Source: Eledone cirrhosa
Taxonomy: Eukaryota
Assembly (NCBI GenBank): GCA_964016885.1
Contig: OZ024741.1
Span: 277,698,001 to 277,762,000, forward strand
DNA: 64,000 bases
Reading direction: 5' to 3'
In this document: one piece after another, positions 14,546 through 27,337 of the stretch
Position numbering within the stretch: position 1 is the first letter of the stretch
Layout: each line of letters begins with the position of its first letter
Made by a program: the position numbers and the translations under genes
The notes under the pieces: generated by a model
What the model was told of the DNA's origin: nothing
What the model saw: the letters and a program-made list of their open reading frames with translations, nothing else
Database searches by the model: none

Positions 14546-15173
14546 GTATATATCTTTATTATTTATTTTTTTTATATATATGTGTATGTGTGTATGCGTT
14601 GTGTGTGTGTGTGTGTGTATATATATCTTTATATATGTGTATGTGTATGTTCGTGTAGGTGTATGTGTGTGTATGACTTTATATGTATGTGTGTATGTGT
14701 GTATGCGTATATATTTCTATGTGTGTGTACATGTATGTATGTGTGTGTATGTGTATGTGTGTGTATGTGTATATGTATGTGTATATATATATATATATAT
14801 ATATGTTATATATATATATGTATATATATATGTGTGTGTATATATATATATATATATCTATATGTTTTTCTATTTGTATATGTATGTGTGTATAGGTATA
14901 TACCTTTCTCTTTGTATGTCTAAGTTGTGTGATAGTGTAGTGGTGTTTGTATGTATATACCGATATATAGATGCGTAAGTATTTGTCTGTATGTATATAT
15001 GTAAGTCTGTATATATTTGTGTGTATATATAGCTATGTATGTGTATATCTGTATGTATATTAGTATGTAAGTGTTGTATATGTGCATGTATGTGTGTGGT
15101 TATATATATGTGTGTCTATATAGTATGTGTGATTATATGTATATGTGTGTGTATATGTACGTGTATATACATA

Positions 15174-15226
<53 letters not shown>

Positions 15227-15433
15227 ATTTGTATGTATATGTGTATATGTATGTATGTGTGTATATGTATATGTTTATATATGTGTGTGTATGTATGTTC
15301 TTAGTGTGGATGTGTGTATATGTATGTATGTGTTTGTATATGTGTGTATATTTATGTATGTGTGTGTGTGTGTCTATGTGTATATATATGTATATTATAT
15401 ATATATGTGTGTGTATATATATATATATATATG

Positions 15434-15483
<50 letters not shown>

Positions 15484-16344
15484 TCTTGATATATTTCTTT
15501 TTTCTTTTTTCTTTTTTCTTTTTTCTTTTTTCTTTTTTCTTTCTATTCTTTCCTCTTTAATGTTTATTTATTATTTTTTATTTTCTTAGTTTATAGATAC
15601 ATCTATATTAGGCAGTCTGCTCAGACCGTTGAATACTGACCTCCCCCCCCCCCTCCCACCTAATTTCTGTATCTTGATCTAAAAATGTGTGTGCCAGTGT
15701 TTATGTGAGTGAATTAATATCCATGTGCTTATGATTTTATATCCACATATATAAATGTGAGTGGGGGTGTGTGTGTGTTTGTATGTTCGTCGTTATGTGT
15801 ATATTTATGCATATACGCGCGTGTATGTGTGATTGTACGGATATGTGTGAGTATGAAAAAATATATTTATATACTTAATTTCATACTTGTGTCAATACGC
15901 ATCTTATCTGTGCATTATAAACTTACAGAGACATTAACCTTGAAATTTTGTATTTGCATCCATCCTTTTAGTATGCGTATACAAATTATACATACATTTT
16001 TGTAAAATATGTGTAAGGGTTTTACATGTATATACACACACCGAACTGCATTTAACCCTTTGTTGTTTTCATTGGTCAATTTTTGTTCCCAAACGGACCT
16101 GAAATTTTGAATTGTTGTTATTATCAATAAATATACTTCATTATTTCTGAAGACGGCGTATATATGTGTTGGTATGTATATTTAATCTTGATAGTTTGTA
16201 TAATTTTGTATAATTTTGTACATAGATCTGTTGAATATGCATGCCAATTCTAACACATATATATCCTAGAAACGATCGTTAAATAATGAACTTTTTTTGT
16301 TTAATATAAGGAATTGTTTATTCATTATTTGTTTAATATTTTAT
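12477..16344 (+). repeat. Right arm of ~3.8-kb inverted repeat
   Basis: Reverse complement of 7463-11273. Confidence 0.95.
16137..16290 (+). ncRNA. Type-I hammerhead ribozyme motif (long stem II)
   Basis: Stem I ttcattattt/aaataatgaa (10 bp); core CTGAAGA at 16147-16153; GAAA at 16269-16272; palindromic stem III A-CGATCG-T; GUU cleavage triplet; stem II tatatatgtgttgg/ctaacacatatata. Confidence 0.7.
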
Positions 16345-16432
16345 ATATATATATATATATGTAAGATATATATATATGTAAGATATATATATATGTAAGA
16401 TATATATATATGTAAGATATATATAGATAGAT

Positions 16433-16467
<35 letters not shown>

Positions 16468-16488
16468 ATATATATATATATATATGTA

Positions 16489-16523
<35 letters not shown>

Positions 16524-16622
16524 AGATATAACGAAGGAAATGTGGTAAGGAACCAGGTATATATATATGTAAGATATATATATATAAGATATATATATAT
16601 GTAAGATATATATAGATAGATA

Positions 16623-16668
<46 letters not shown>

Positions 16669-16719
16669 AGATATATATATATATGTAAGATATATATATA
16701 TATATATGTAAAATATGTA

Positions 16720-16847
<128 letters not shown>

Positions 16848-16849
16848 TT

Positions 16850-16950
16850 GAACTGTTACTCTTTTTTATTGACCTCGAAAGAATGAAAGGCGAAGTTGAC
16901 CTCGACATTCCATCTGTCGTTCTAACGACTCTCTGCTAAGTCGCTGCTTA
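16850..16950 (-). mobile_element. SINE fragment
   Basis: ttttattgacctcgaaagaatgaaaggcgaagttgacctcgac is the reverse complement of the family core. Confidence 0.7.
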
Positions 16951-17231
16951 TGGCTGTCTTTGCCAACAGAGAATACTGACACCAGTTCTGAGGAGGCGTC
17001 GTTGAAATCAGAGTTATTATTATTGTTACTAACAAAAACAACGTGTTAGATACTTTGTTTTCGTTGTTACCATAGCAACGAGCTGTATTTGCCGACTATA
17101 CTATTATTACCAAACTGGGGACATGAGTTCGATCCCAGACACGTCATGAAATAAAACGAGCGCAGCTCATCATCAACACCACACTTCCACTATTTTATTT
17201 CTTTTGAAAAGGGGATCCTAACCTAGAAATA

Positions 17232-17345
17232 TAATTGTTTCTACTTTTGGCACAAGGCCAGCAATTATCCCAGTGTATTACTGGTACTTTATTTTATCGA
17301 CCCCGTAAGGATGAAAGGCAAAGTTAACCTCGGCGATACTGCCAA
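17232..17345 (-). mobile_element. SINE, internally deleted
   Basis: ggcacaaggccagcaa..actggtactttattttatcgaccccgtaaggatgaaaggcaaagttaacctcggcgatactgccaa. Confidence 0.75.
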
Positions 17346-17483
17346 TAATGAAATATAAAGTAAATGAGTTTTATTTTGTATTTCTTTATTCTACCCTAGT
17401 TTCTAATTCTAATGCGATCAATGCGATTTCTAATTTGCATTGAATTAGCTCTCCTAAAACAACCACAAATATATACACACACA

Positions 17484-17581
<98 letters not shown>

Positions 17582-17628
17582 TATATACATATATATATAC
17601 ATATATCTATATATACATATATATATAT

Positions 17629-17673
<45 letters not shown>

Positions 17674-17674
17674 C

Positions 17675-17706
<32 letters not shown>

Positions 17707-17854
17707 ATATACATATATATATATATAAATATATATACATATACATATATACATATATAAATATATATACATATACATATATATATACATATATATATAT
17801 ATAAATATATATACATATACATACATATATATATAAATATATATACATATACAT

Positions 17855-17955
<101 letters not shown>

Positions 17956-18036
17956 TTGGTTGGTGCTCTGAAATAGCGATATATATATATATGAATGTAT
18001 ATATAGTGTATTTTGCAATACACTATATATACATTC

Positions 18037-18095
<59 letters not shown>

Positions 18096-18336
18096 CTGTA
18101 TGTATGTATATATATATATATAGTGGCGGACTGGGTCTAAAATATTGGTTGCCAGGAGATGAAGGAGCCCCACCTACATATAGAATGCTATCATTTAATT
18201 TTTATAATGAATAAATAACATTTCCGAAAAATACATAAATGGAAACAAAACAGTGCAATCAAATTTTTGCGGGAAAATGTCTTACCTTCTCCAATAAAAA
18301 ATATTATGGATTTTGCGAAATCCAGAGACTTTCAAC

Positions 18337-18800
18337 AATGACCAGAAGTCGACCCTAAATATTGCTAATAGTTCTAGGAAAGCCATGAACGACACCACAT
18401 CTTTTAAACTTTGATTTTGAAAGTAGGTTTATAATTATCAATTTTCATTATACTTTTGTAGCTGTCTCGGTGGCCTAGTTGGAGGAATCATAGACGGTGG
18501 TGATCCTGGTCAGAAGTTCGATCCTGGTCGGGTGTAGGGTTCCCGGTAAACCTTTTCAGTCTTTTCTTATTGGTTTTAAAATAAAAACTGAAAAAGGTTA
18601 CATGTACCTTTTGACTAGGATTGAACCCAAGGCGAGGATCTCCACCGTCTCTAGTACCTACCGCTCGGCCACAGAGGCAACTACAAAAATCTTATGAAAA
18701 TTCATACTTATAAATCTACTTTCAAAATTTTCAAAGCAAAGTGTTGTTGTGTCGTTCATGTCTTTCTTAAGCTCCTGCTTAAGGTCGATTTCTAAATCAT
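18337..18800. repeat. Diverged ~460-bp palindrome containing two convergent tRNA-like heads
   Basis: Left agaagtcgaccctaa..gaaagccatgaacgacac..tttgtagctgtctcggtggcc pairs with right ggccacagaggcaactacaaa..gtgtcgttcatgtctttc..ttaaggtcgatttct; each arm has A-box-like and B-box-like motifs. Confidence 0.7.
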
Positions 18801-19119
18801 TTGGGTGTTCCATAAACTACATCTTCGATTTGTTTCTCATCTATCTAGACTATATTTTAACCTGTAATCCATGTTTCATTTCTGTTGCACCTCATTTCTT
18901 CCCCTCTTCTCTCGTACATATTATTTCTGAAAAGTACATATTATTTCTGAAAAGAAGAAAGAAAAAGCAGACGCGATGGCCAAAATTGGAATGCTTTTAG
19001 TCAAATGTCACATCAATTAGTGTTGACCTAAGGTCAATCAACAACATCAACAGTAGAAGCAAAAGCAACAACAACAGCAACAACAACACCATCAACAGCA
19101 TCATGTATCCTTCTCATAT

Positions 19120-19600
19120 CTTGAGCAGAAAAGACAAGGGGTTTAACCACAGAATAAATAGTAGCATAGAGAGACTGTCTCCCTGAAATATACCCCTGTG
19201 ATATATTTCATCAGTGAAAATACTTTAGGATAGTAGCCCAAGAAGAAGATAGGTTCTCTATGGCTCTGATAATGTCTGGAATTCTAGCACGTCAGAGGGC
19301 CTCTATCATCGAAGAGTGGGGAACAGAATCAAATGCTTTTCTGTAGTCCAGCCAGACTGTAGCCATATTCCTCCTATGTTGTCCCACCTCTGACATCGCA
19401 GTTTTGTTAATTAGGAGCTGTTCAGCACACACCCAGGCACCTTTCTTCCTAGCTGCTTGCTCATCTGGGGTGATGTTATTATTGTCACAGTGATCTTGGA
19501 GAAATAGGTTCAGGCTGGCTGTATACGTTTTATACATTAGGATCTGGCATGCAATGGGTCGGTAGTTTTTTGCCAAGTGGGTGTCTTTCTTTTTTGAGGA
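19120..19600 (-). pseudogene. R4/Dong-clade non-LTR reverse transcriptase fragment
   Basis: NYRPIAC..MYKTYT..EQAARKKG..EQLLINK..WLDYRKAFDSVPH, and downstream GIFQGDSLSMLLFILWLNPLS (~19130-19195), motifs typical of R4-clade RTs. Confidence 0.8.
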
Positions 19601-19674
19601 CCAATATTATTTGTGCTAATGTCAACGACCCTGGTATATGTACACCTCCCTTGAGAGCTTGCTGGTAGAGGTTG

Positions 19675-19705
<31 letters not shown>

Positions 19706-19709
19706 TGTC

Positions 19710-20322
19710 AGGTCACCAGTTGGTGCTACTGGTAACATGTATCCCAGTACAACCTGTCCCATGGTCGGGTCGTTGGCGACTAAACTGGCAACCCCACCAA
19801 GGTTTCTTGGTGAGGAGGGTGACTTTGGACATCCTGCAGGACTAAAAACAAAACCTGTCAAAGGGCAAAGGAGCTCTTAAGAGTCAATGGCCATCCAAAA
19901 TCACCGGGAGAGATGACCCCTTAGCCTTTGTCAAGGCAGAATTCTAGGAGAAGGAAAACTCTGATATAACACCTGCAACCCTGATGGTATCCAATGATGT
20001 TGACTTGTTCTTCTTTTTGGTAAATATCATCTTGGTTAAGAGAGTGGGACTGGCTTTGTGCAGTGCCTTTGCTCACTATAAAAGCTTCACGGCACAGGCA
20101 TTGCTTTATATCTGGAGATCTCTCTGCACTTATCGTCACATGGTACCATGGGCCCAGCACTGTGTCAATAAGTGTCACAAGTGTAGTGTTTGTACCAGAG
20201 TTTTCAAGTCGCTGGCTGGACTAAAACGTCACTCGTTCAGCGCATCGGTAGGGGTTCTCCTACATGGATATAAAGTAGTGGCCGTACTCGAAAACGAGTT
20301 GGCAGCCACCATGTATGTATGT
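19710..20322 (+). mobile_element. Putative bipartite non-autonomous RTE-derived element, copy 1
   Basis: 5' part homologous to copy 2; HKCSVCTRVFKSLAGLKRH resembles the zinc-finger-like end of RTE ORFs; ends in a (TATG)n tail. Confidence 0.55.
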
Positions 20323-20832
20323 AACCCAATACAGCCTGTTTCATGGTCCGGTCGTCGGCGACTAAGCCGGCAACCCCACCAAGATTGCTTATTGTGGAGG
20401 GTGATATTTGGACATCCTGCTGGATGAAATACAAGACCCAACAAAGGGCGGAGGAACTCAGCGGAGTCAATGGCCATCCAAATAGTACTTTTTTTTTCAC
20501 CTGGGAGTGAAAGGCCATCAGTTGTTGTCACAACACCTTTCTAGGAAAGGGAAACTCTGAAAAAAAAACCTGCGGCTTCAGAAGCATCCGATGATGTTGA
20601 CCAGTTCTCCTTTTCGGGTAGTGTTTTCGATGCTCAGAGAGTGGGATTGGCCGAGTGCAAGGCCTTTCCTCACTTAAAAAACCTTCAAAGCACAGGCATT
20701 GCTTGTTCAGTGTATGTTACAGGTTTGTGTGTCTGGTCGTAGCCTAAAAGTGCAATAAACTCTATAATCTGACAGGCGATTGCAGTACTCTTAGCAGAGC
20801 TTAGCCATCATGTATGTATGTATGTATGTATG
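20323..20832 (+). mobile_element. Putative bipartite non-autonomous RTE-derived element, copy 2
   Basis: ggcgactaa..gcaaccccaccaag..tttggacatcctgc..aaagggc..agtcaatggccatccaaa is shared with copy 1; (TATG)n tail. Confidence 0.55.
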
Positions 20833-21117
20833 TTCTTCTAGTTTTATAATTTTATAAATTTTTACCAATAGAGAGAGAGTCGGTTTCTAACATAGATTCA
20901 AGACTCTCTCATTGGAATGTAAACAACATCAACTAGGTAGATATGTCTGCATGTCTGCATGGATGCATGTGTGTGCAGGTATGGATGTTATTGTATGTGT
21001 GAATGTGTATGTTTTGAGTTGTATGTGTGCATGTGCATATGCTTTGTATGTGTACATGCAGTTATGTATGTATATATCTGTCAGTTCACTTTAAAGTCCT
21101 ACTGGTAACATGCTAGA

Positions 21118-21430
21118 GTTTGCAATCGTAAGGTTGTGAGTTCGATTCTCGAACCGGGTGATGCGTTGTGTCTTTCAGCCAGATACTTTAGTTCATGTTT
21201 CTCCAGTTTATTCAGTGGTAGAAATGAGTTCCGATCTCACTGGTGCCAAGCTGCATCAACCTTTGCCTCATCCTTGGACAACATCTGTGGCATGGAGAGA
21301 GGAGACTCCGTGTATATATCGGCTACTGCCAGTTTTTTTCCAAACAACCTTTCTCGGGTTTATGTCCTGGAGGGGAACTTTCTAGGTACAAAACCTATAG
21401 TCACTCGCGACCTAAGATGGAGGTCTTCAC
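21118..21430 (+). mobile_element. tRNA-derived SINE (second family, CORE-like middle)
   Basis: B-box gagttcgattc followed by gcgttgtgtc..cactggtgccaagctgcatc..ttggacaacatc; homologous to 52663-52985(-). Confidence 0.8.
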
Positions 21431-21704
21431 TCTTTAATCCACAGCTATTTTATGATGATAGTTCATGCGTCGTGTTCTTTGCTTGATAGCAAAAACATGC
21501 TTTAAGATATTAAGTGTTTGTTATTTCATTTAATTAGAGTTCACACCAGTATGACCCAGCAATTATTTGTTAGGGGGGAGGGGTGAGGGGGATTTAATGA
21601 TCCCATTACTGCCTCGCAGGAGGACGCAGGCCAATCCTGTCCCTACTTACTTTGTATACTATATACGAGTATATATGTAATACATATGTGCACCAACACA
21701 TATG

Positions 21705-21735
<31 letters not shown>

Positions 21736-21788
21736 CCCGCCTATATACATATAGAAATATAAATACATAAATGAAAGGTATTTATATA

Positions 21789-22831
<1,043 letters not shown>

Positions 22832-23068
22832 GTAATACCCCTAGGCGTTATTATTGTTCATTTAGCTTGGGTTTGAATTTATCAATAAATGTCCGTCAGA
22901 TACCCCTAAGCGGCCACCTGGCAACATGTGGTCAGGGAATATTTATAATATTCCCATTCTACAAATCACACAGCCCAAGTGAAATCAAGAGAAAAATCAA
23001 AGAAAAGAATTTTATTGATAAATTCAAACCCAAGCTAAATGAACAATAATAACGCCTAGGGGTATTAC
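22832..23068 (+). mobile_element. Penelope-like 3' fragment with 58-bp inverted duplication
   Basis: [41 protein letters not shown] resembles a PLE GIY-YIG C-terminus; 22832-22889 is the reverse complement of 23011-23068. Confidence 0.7.
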
Positions 23069-23424
23069 TTCTACTACCACTATGACCACGACCACTAACA
23101 ACAACAACAACAACAATAATAATAATAATAAAAGTGATGTTGATGGTGATGATTAATAGAAAATGCTATTTTCATCATTTCAAAAAAGCAAAACAATTGA
23201 TACGTTGGATATGACTATTGGTCGTTAGCATGCTCAACCAGCCGTGACGCTTAAACCAATCAGCTGCAGTAATTCAGTGAAACTACACACTGATTGGTCG
23301 AAATACAGTTTACAGGGCTTTGCATTCTGGAGCCACTTTTCTCTGTATAAAATGTATAAAAGGTAGGAAATTTACCCATCTCATTACAGTTGAAAATTGC
23401 AAACTCGACTGTCACCACATATCA

Positions 23425-23463
23425 TGAACCTGAAGATTGCGAAAGCATGAAAGTACTTGTTCA
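23425..23463 (+). ncRNA. Minimal type-I hammerhead ribozyme motif
   Basis: tgaac-CTGAAGA-ttgcGAAAgcat-GAAA-gtac-TT-gttca: 5-bp stem I, GNRA-capped stem II, palindromic stem III. Confidence 0.65.
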
Positions 23464-23991
23464 ATTAACACTTAGAATTTAATATTCTATCATACTATTT
23501 CATTATAATACCATTATATATATTTTAAAGGATTGTAAATAAAACGAGTAAATCAGACAAAGTTGGAATTCCTCTTATTAATATATATATATATATATAT
23601 ATATACTTATATATATATACTTATTGTTATACTTGGGGAGGGTCATATTTGTGTAATAATATTGCCAGAATTAATAACAGAACACACTCACTGTTTGATT
23701 GGTTTTCGCTTCTCGCTTCTGTGTCTTTTATATCGGTAATCTAATTTACTCGGTCCTCAATGTTGCCATTGACTGACCGACGATCAAAAATAATACAGAT
23801 ACAATATAGACACAAACACATATATATAGTTTATCATAAATCTTTCGTTGCACATCTGCAATATCGTCAGTGGTGCTATTGTTTCCTCCCGTTGAATTGT
23901 ATGGCTACGCCATTTTTATTCAGTCTGTCTATATATATTTATTTAAAACTAATTCATCGCCGTTATATATACTTATATATATATATATATA

Positions 23992-24035
<44 letters not shown>

Positions 24036-24260
24036 AAATTAAGATAATCAAAATTATGGATGTCATGCCAGAAAGACACGCGCCATATCACCCGCCAAAT
24101 AATACACGGAAGATCAATCATATTATAAGGTATCTATTTTTGAAGTTCTGGTCAACTTTATTTAGTTACCTACCTAGCTATGTGTGCTTACACACTTGTA
24201 AACATTATCTCCTGTGATTGTTTCATATGTTTATTTATATGTTAATCCATTTCTAGTTGT

Positions 24261-24298
<38 letters not shown>

Positions 24299-24595
24299 AT
24301 ATGTATACATATATATATATATATATATATGTATACATATATATATATATATATATGCATACATATATATATATATATGTATACATATATATATATGTTC
24401 CCCATATATATATATATATATATATATGTATACATATATATATATATATGTATACATATATATATATATATATATATGTATACATATATATATATATATG
24501 TATACATATATATATATATATGTATACATATACATATATATATATATACATATACATATATATATATACATATACATATATATATATATGTATAC

Positions 24596-24666
<71 letters not shown>

Positions 24667-24695
24667 TGTATACATATACATATATATATATATGT

Positions 24696-24798
<103 letters not shown>

Positions 24799-25182
24799 TC
24801 TGTGTGTGTATGATATGCATGTATATACATATGTATGTATGAATGTATAACAAGTCTACGATTTCCCGCCTTCACTATACACCAACGTATTTATGGGTCA
24901 CTTTCACGACCTTTCAGACCTGTATTAGTTGGAGTGAGGTCATATATTTTATCATTCCTGGGGTTTTTAACGCTAGGAAAGGAAAATGCTTCTCTGATGA
25001 TCTTTGCTTTTCCATTAATATCCATGTGATATCTAATGTTTTGCAACATGAAACTGTACAGTAAGGGCCATTTGAATAGGTAAATATTTATATTATATTT
25101 TTTAATTTTGATTAATTTTAATTGTAAATTAATTTTGATTTATTTTGAAAAATTGGTTGAATTTTACTTGTTCTGCTTATCT

Positions 25183-25313
<131 letters not shown>

Positions 25314-25739
25314 AATTTGAAAAAGTTATATATATGTGTGTGTACATATATGTGTATACATATATGTGTGTACATATGAGTGTGTGTGTATGTGCGTGTA
25401 TATGTGTGTATAACGAAAAGATGGGTGGAGGTAATTTTGTTGAGGGTTAAGATTAACTAGAGCCCTAATCTTACGAAGCCTCAGAAATGTGTTTTGCCGT
25501 CTGTAAATGTCTTTAAAGCAGACAGACATTAAGGAAAGGTCAAGTGAGTGACATGTGCTGGTGTAGGTGGAACTTCCTTAATGGGGGTGGACGGAGGGAG
25601 CCCATGGAGTGGCGGTGGGGATATGGATGCTTTAACTTAACGGGTGGGTAGAAAGAAGATCAATAAACAATTACCGAGGAATATGGCCCCCTCCAAAAAA
25701 AAAAACATCCTTGCTGCAGGGAATGTTGTGGTAGACTGA

Positions 25740-26460
25740 GAGAGAGGGGTAGGGGGGGGAACTAGACTGGGTGTGCGGGAGAAAAAGAGGGAGTGGGGGT
25801 AGGGGAGAGAAATAGAGTGGGTGTTGGGGAGAAAGAGGAGCGAGGGAGGGGTAGAAGGGGGAAATAGACGTGGGGAGAGAAGGGGGAATGGGGTAGGAGA
25901 GGGAAATAGAGTGGGTGTGGGGGAGAGAATGGGGGTGAGGGGTAGGAGGGGGAAATAGACGGGGTGTGGGGGAGAGAATGGGGGTGAGGGGTAGGGGGAA
26001 ATAGAGTGGGGGGGGATAGAGTGGATGTGGGGGAGAGAATGGGGGTGGGGGTAGGAGGGGGAAATAGACGGGGTGTGTGAGGGAATGAGGAGGTTGAGAA
26101 AGGTAGGAAAACAGTCTGAGGGAGAGAGGGAGGGGGAGAGGGGTCCGAGAGGGAAATAGTGTGGATGTGGTGGAGGTAGGGGGGATAGACTGGGCGTGGG
26201 AGGAGATAGAGATGGAAAGTGAGAGTACGAGAGGGAAATAGACTGGGTATAAGGGGAGTAAGGGAAAACTGACAGAGAGAGAGTGGAGGGTGGGGTATAG
26301 TGAGAGAAAGCGGGGCGGTGGTGGGGAAAGTGAAAGGAAAGGTGCAGGAAGGGGACGGGGGAAAGAAGGACAAGGGACGGTGCAGGGAGGGGGGAGGGTG
26401 AAGGAAGGACAAGGGAAGGTGCAGGGAGGGTGAGGGTGAAGAAAGGACAAGGGAAGGTTT
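25740..26460. repeat. Purine-rich G/A low-complexity minisatellite
   Basis: Recurrent ggggtaggagggggaaatagacggggtgtgggggagagaat units. Confidence 0.8.
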
Positions 26461-26675
26461 CTGGAAAGAACTAAGTTTATTTAGTATAGTCAGTCTTGTT
26501 AGACTGTTGTTGGTTGTATAAGTTTCTTGTTGTTGTTAACGTTATGGCTGTTGTTGTTGTTGTTGTTGTTCGTCTTCTCCTTTTTCTTCTTCTCCTCCTT
26601 TTTCTTCTTCTTCCTCTTCTTTTTTCTTCATCTTCTTCTCCCCTTCCTTCTTTTTCTCCTTTTTCTTCTCCTTTT

Positions 26676-26706
<31 letters not shown>

Positions 26707-27337
26707 GTGAACGTTCAGGATGTTATCATTGTTGTTGTTCGTGAGAATGTTATGCATAGGTGTTGTTGTAGTTGTTGCTGTTGATCGTGAGAATGTCATG
26801 GATTATGTCGTTGTTGTTGTCGTTGTCGTCGTCGTCGTCGTTGTTGTTGTTGTTCGTGTGAATGTCATGGATGTTCTTCTTGTTGGGGTAAAAGAAAATA
26901 AATTGGAAGCCGCACACATGAGGAAAACAGGTTTGCTGGAGGAGGATGAGCGTGGGAGGGGTGGAAACGAAGGAGGGGATTTGAGGAGGAAGAGGATGGA
27001 CTTCTCGGGATGGGTTGTATAAGACAGACAAACAGACAGACATGCAGACAGGCAGACAGACATGCAGACAGGCAGACAGACATGCAGACAGGCAGACAGA
27101 CAGACACAGACAGACAAATTTCTGTTTATTTGCCACGAGGGCACAAAAGAAAGGGACATGTACATGGGGGAGGGGTTTACATATAAATCGAGTAAGAAAA
27201 ACGTAATAAATAAAATTGTAACAAGAAGGTCCTCAATAGGGAGGGATCGTTTTGGGGTCACACACACCATCGAAAAAAATGTGCGACCCTTCTCCACGGG
27301 AGCACAAAGAGAGGGTGCTCCATTCTTCCTTTTCCAC

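Noticed and set aside
8168-15589. Dozens of Tyr/Ile/Cys/Val-rich ORFs (also at 2.3-3.9, 16-18, 21.7-25.5 and 44.7-45.2 kb)
   Set aside because: They are translations of (TA)n, (TG)n and (TATG)n repeats.
19984-20427. Host C2H2 zinc-finger gene
   Set aside because: There is a single incomplete finger inside a repeated unit with a (TATG)n tail, which fits an RTE 3' end better.
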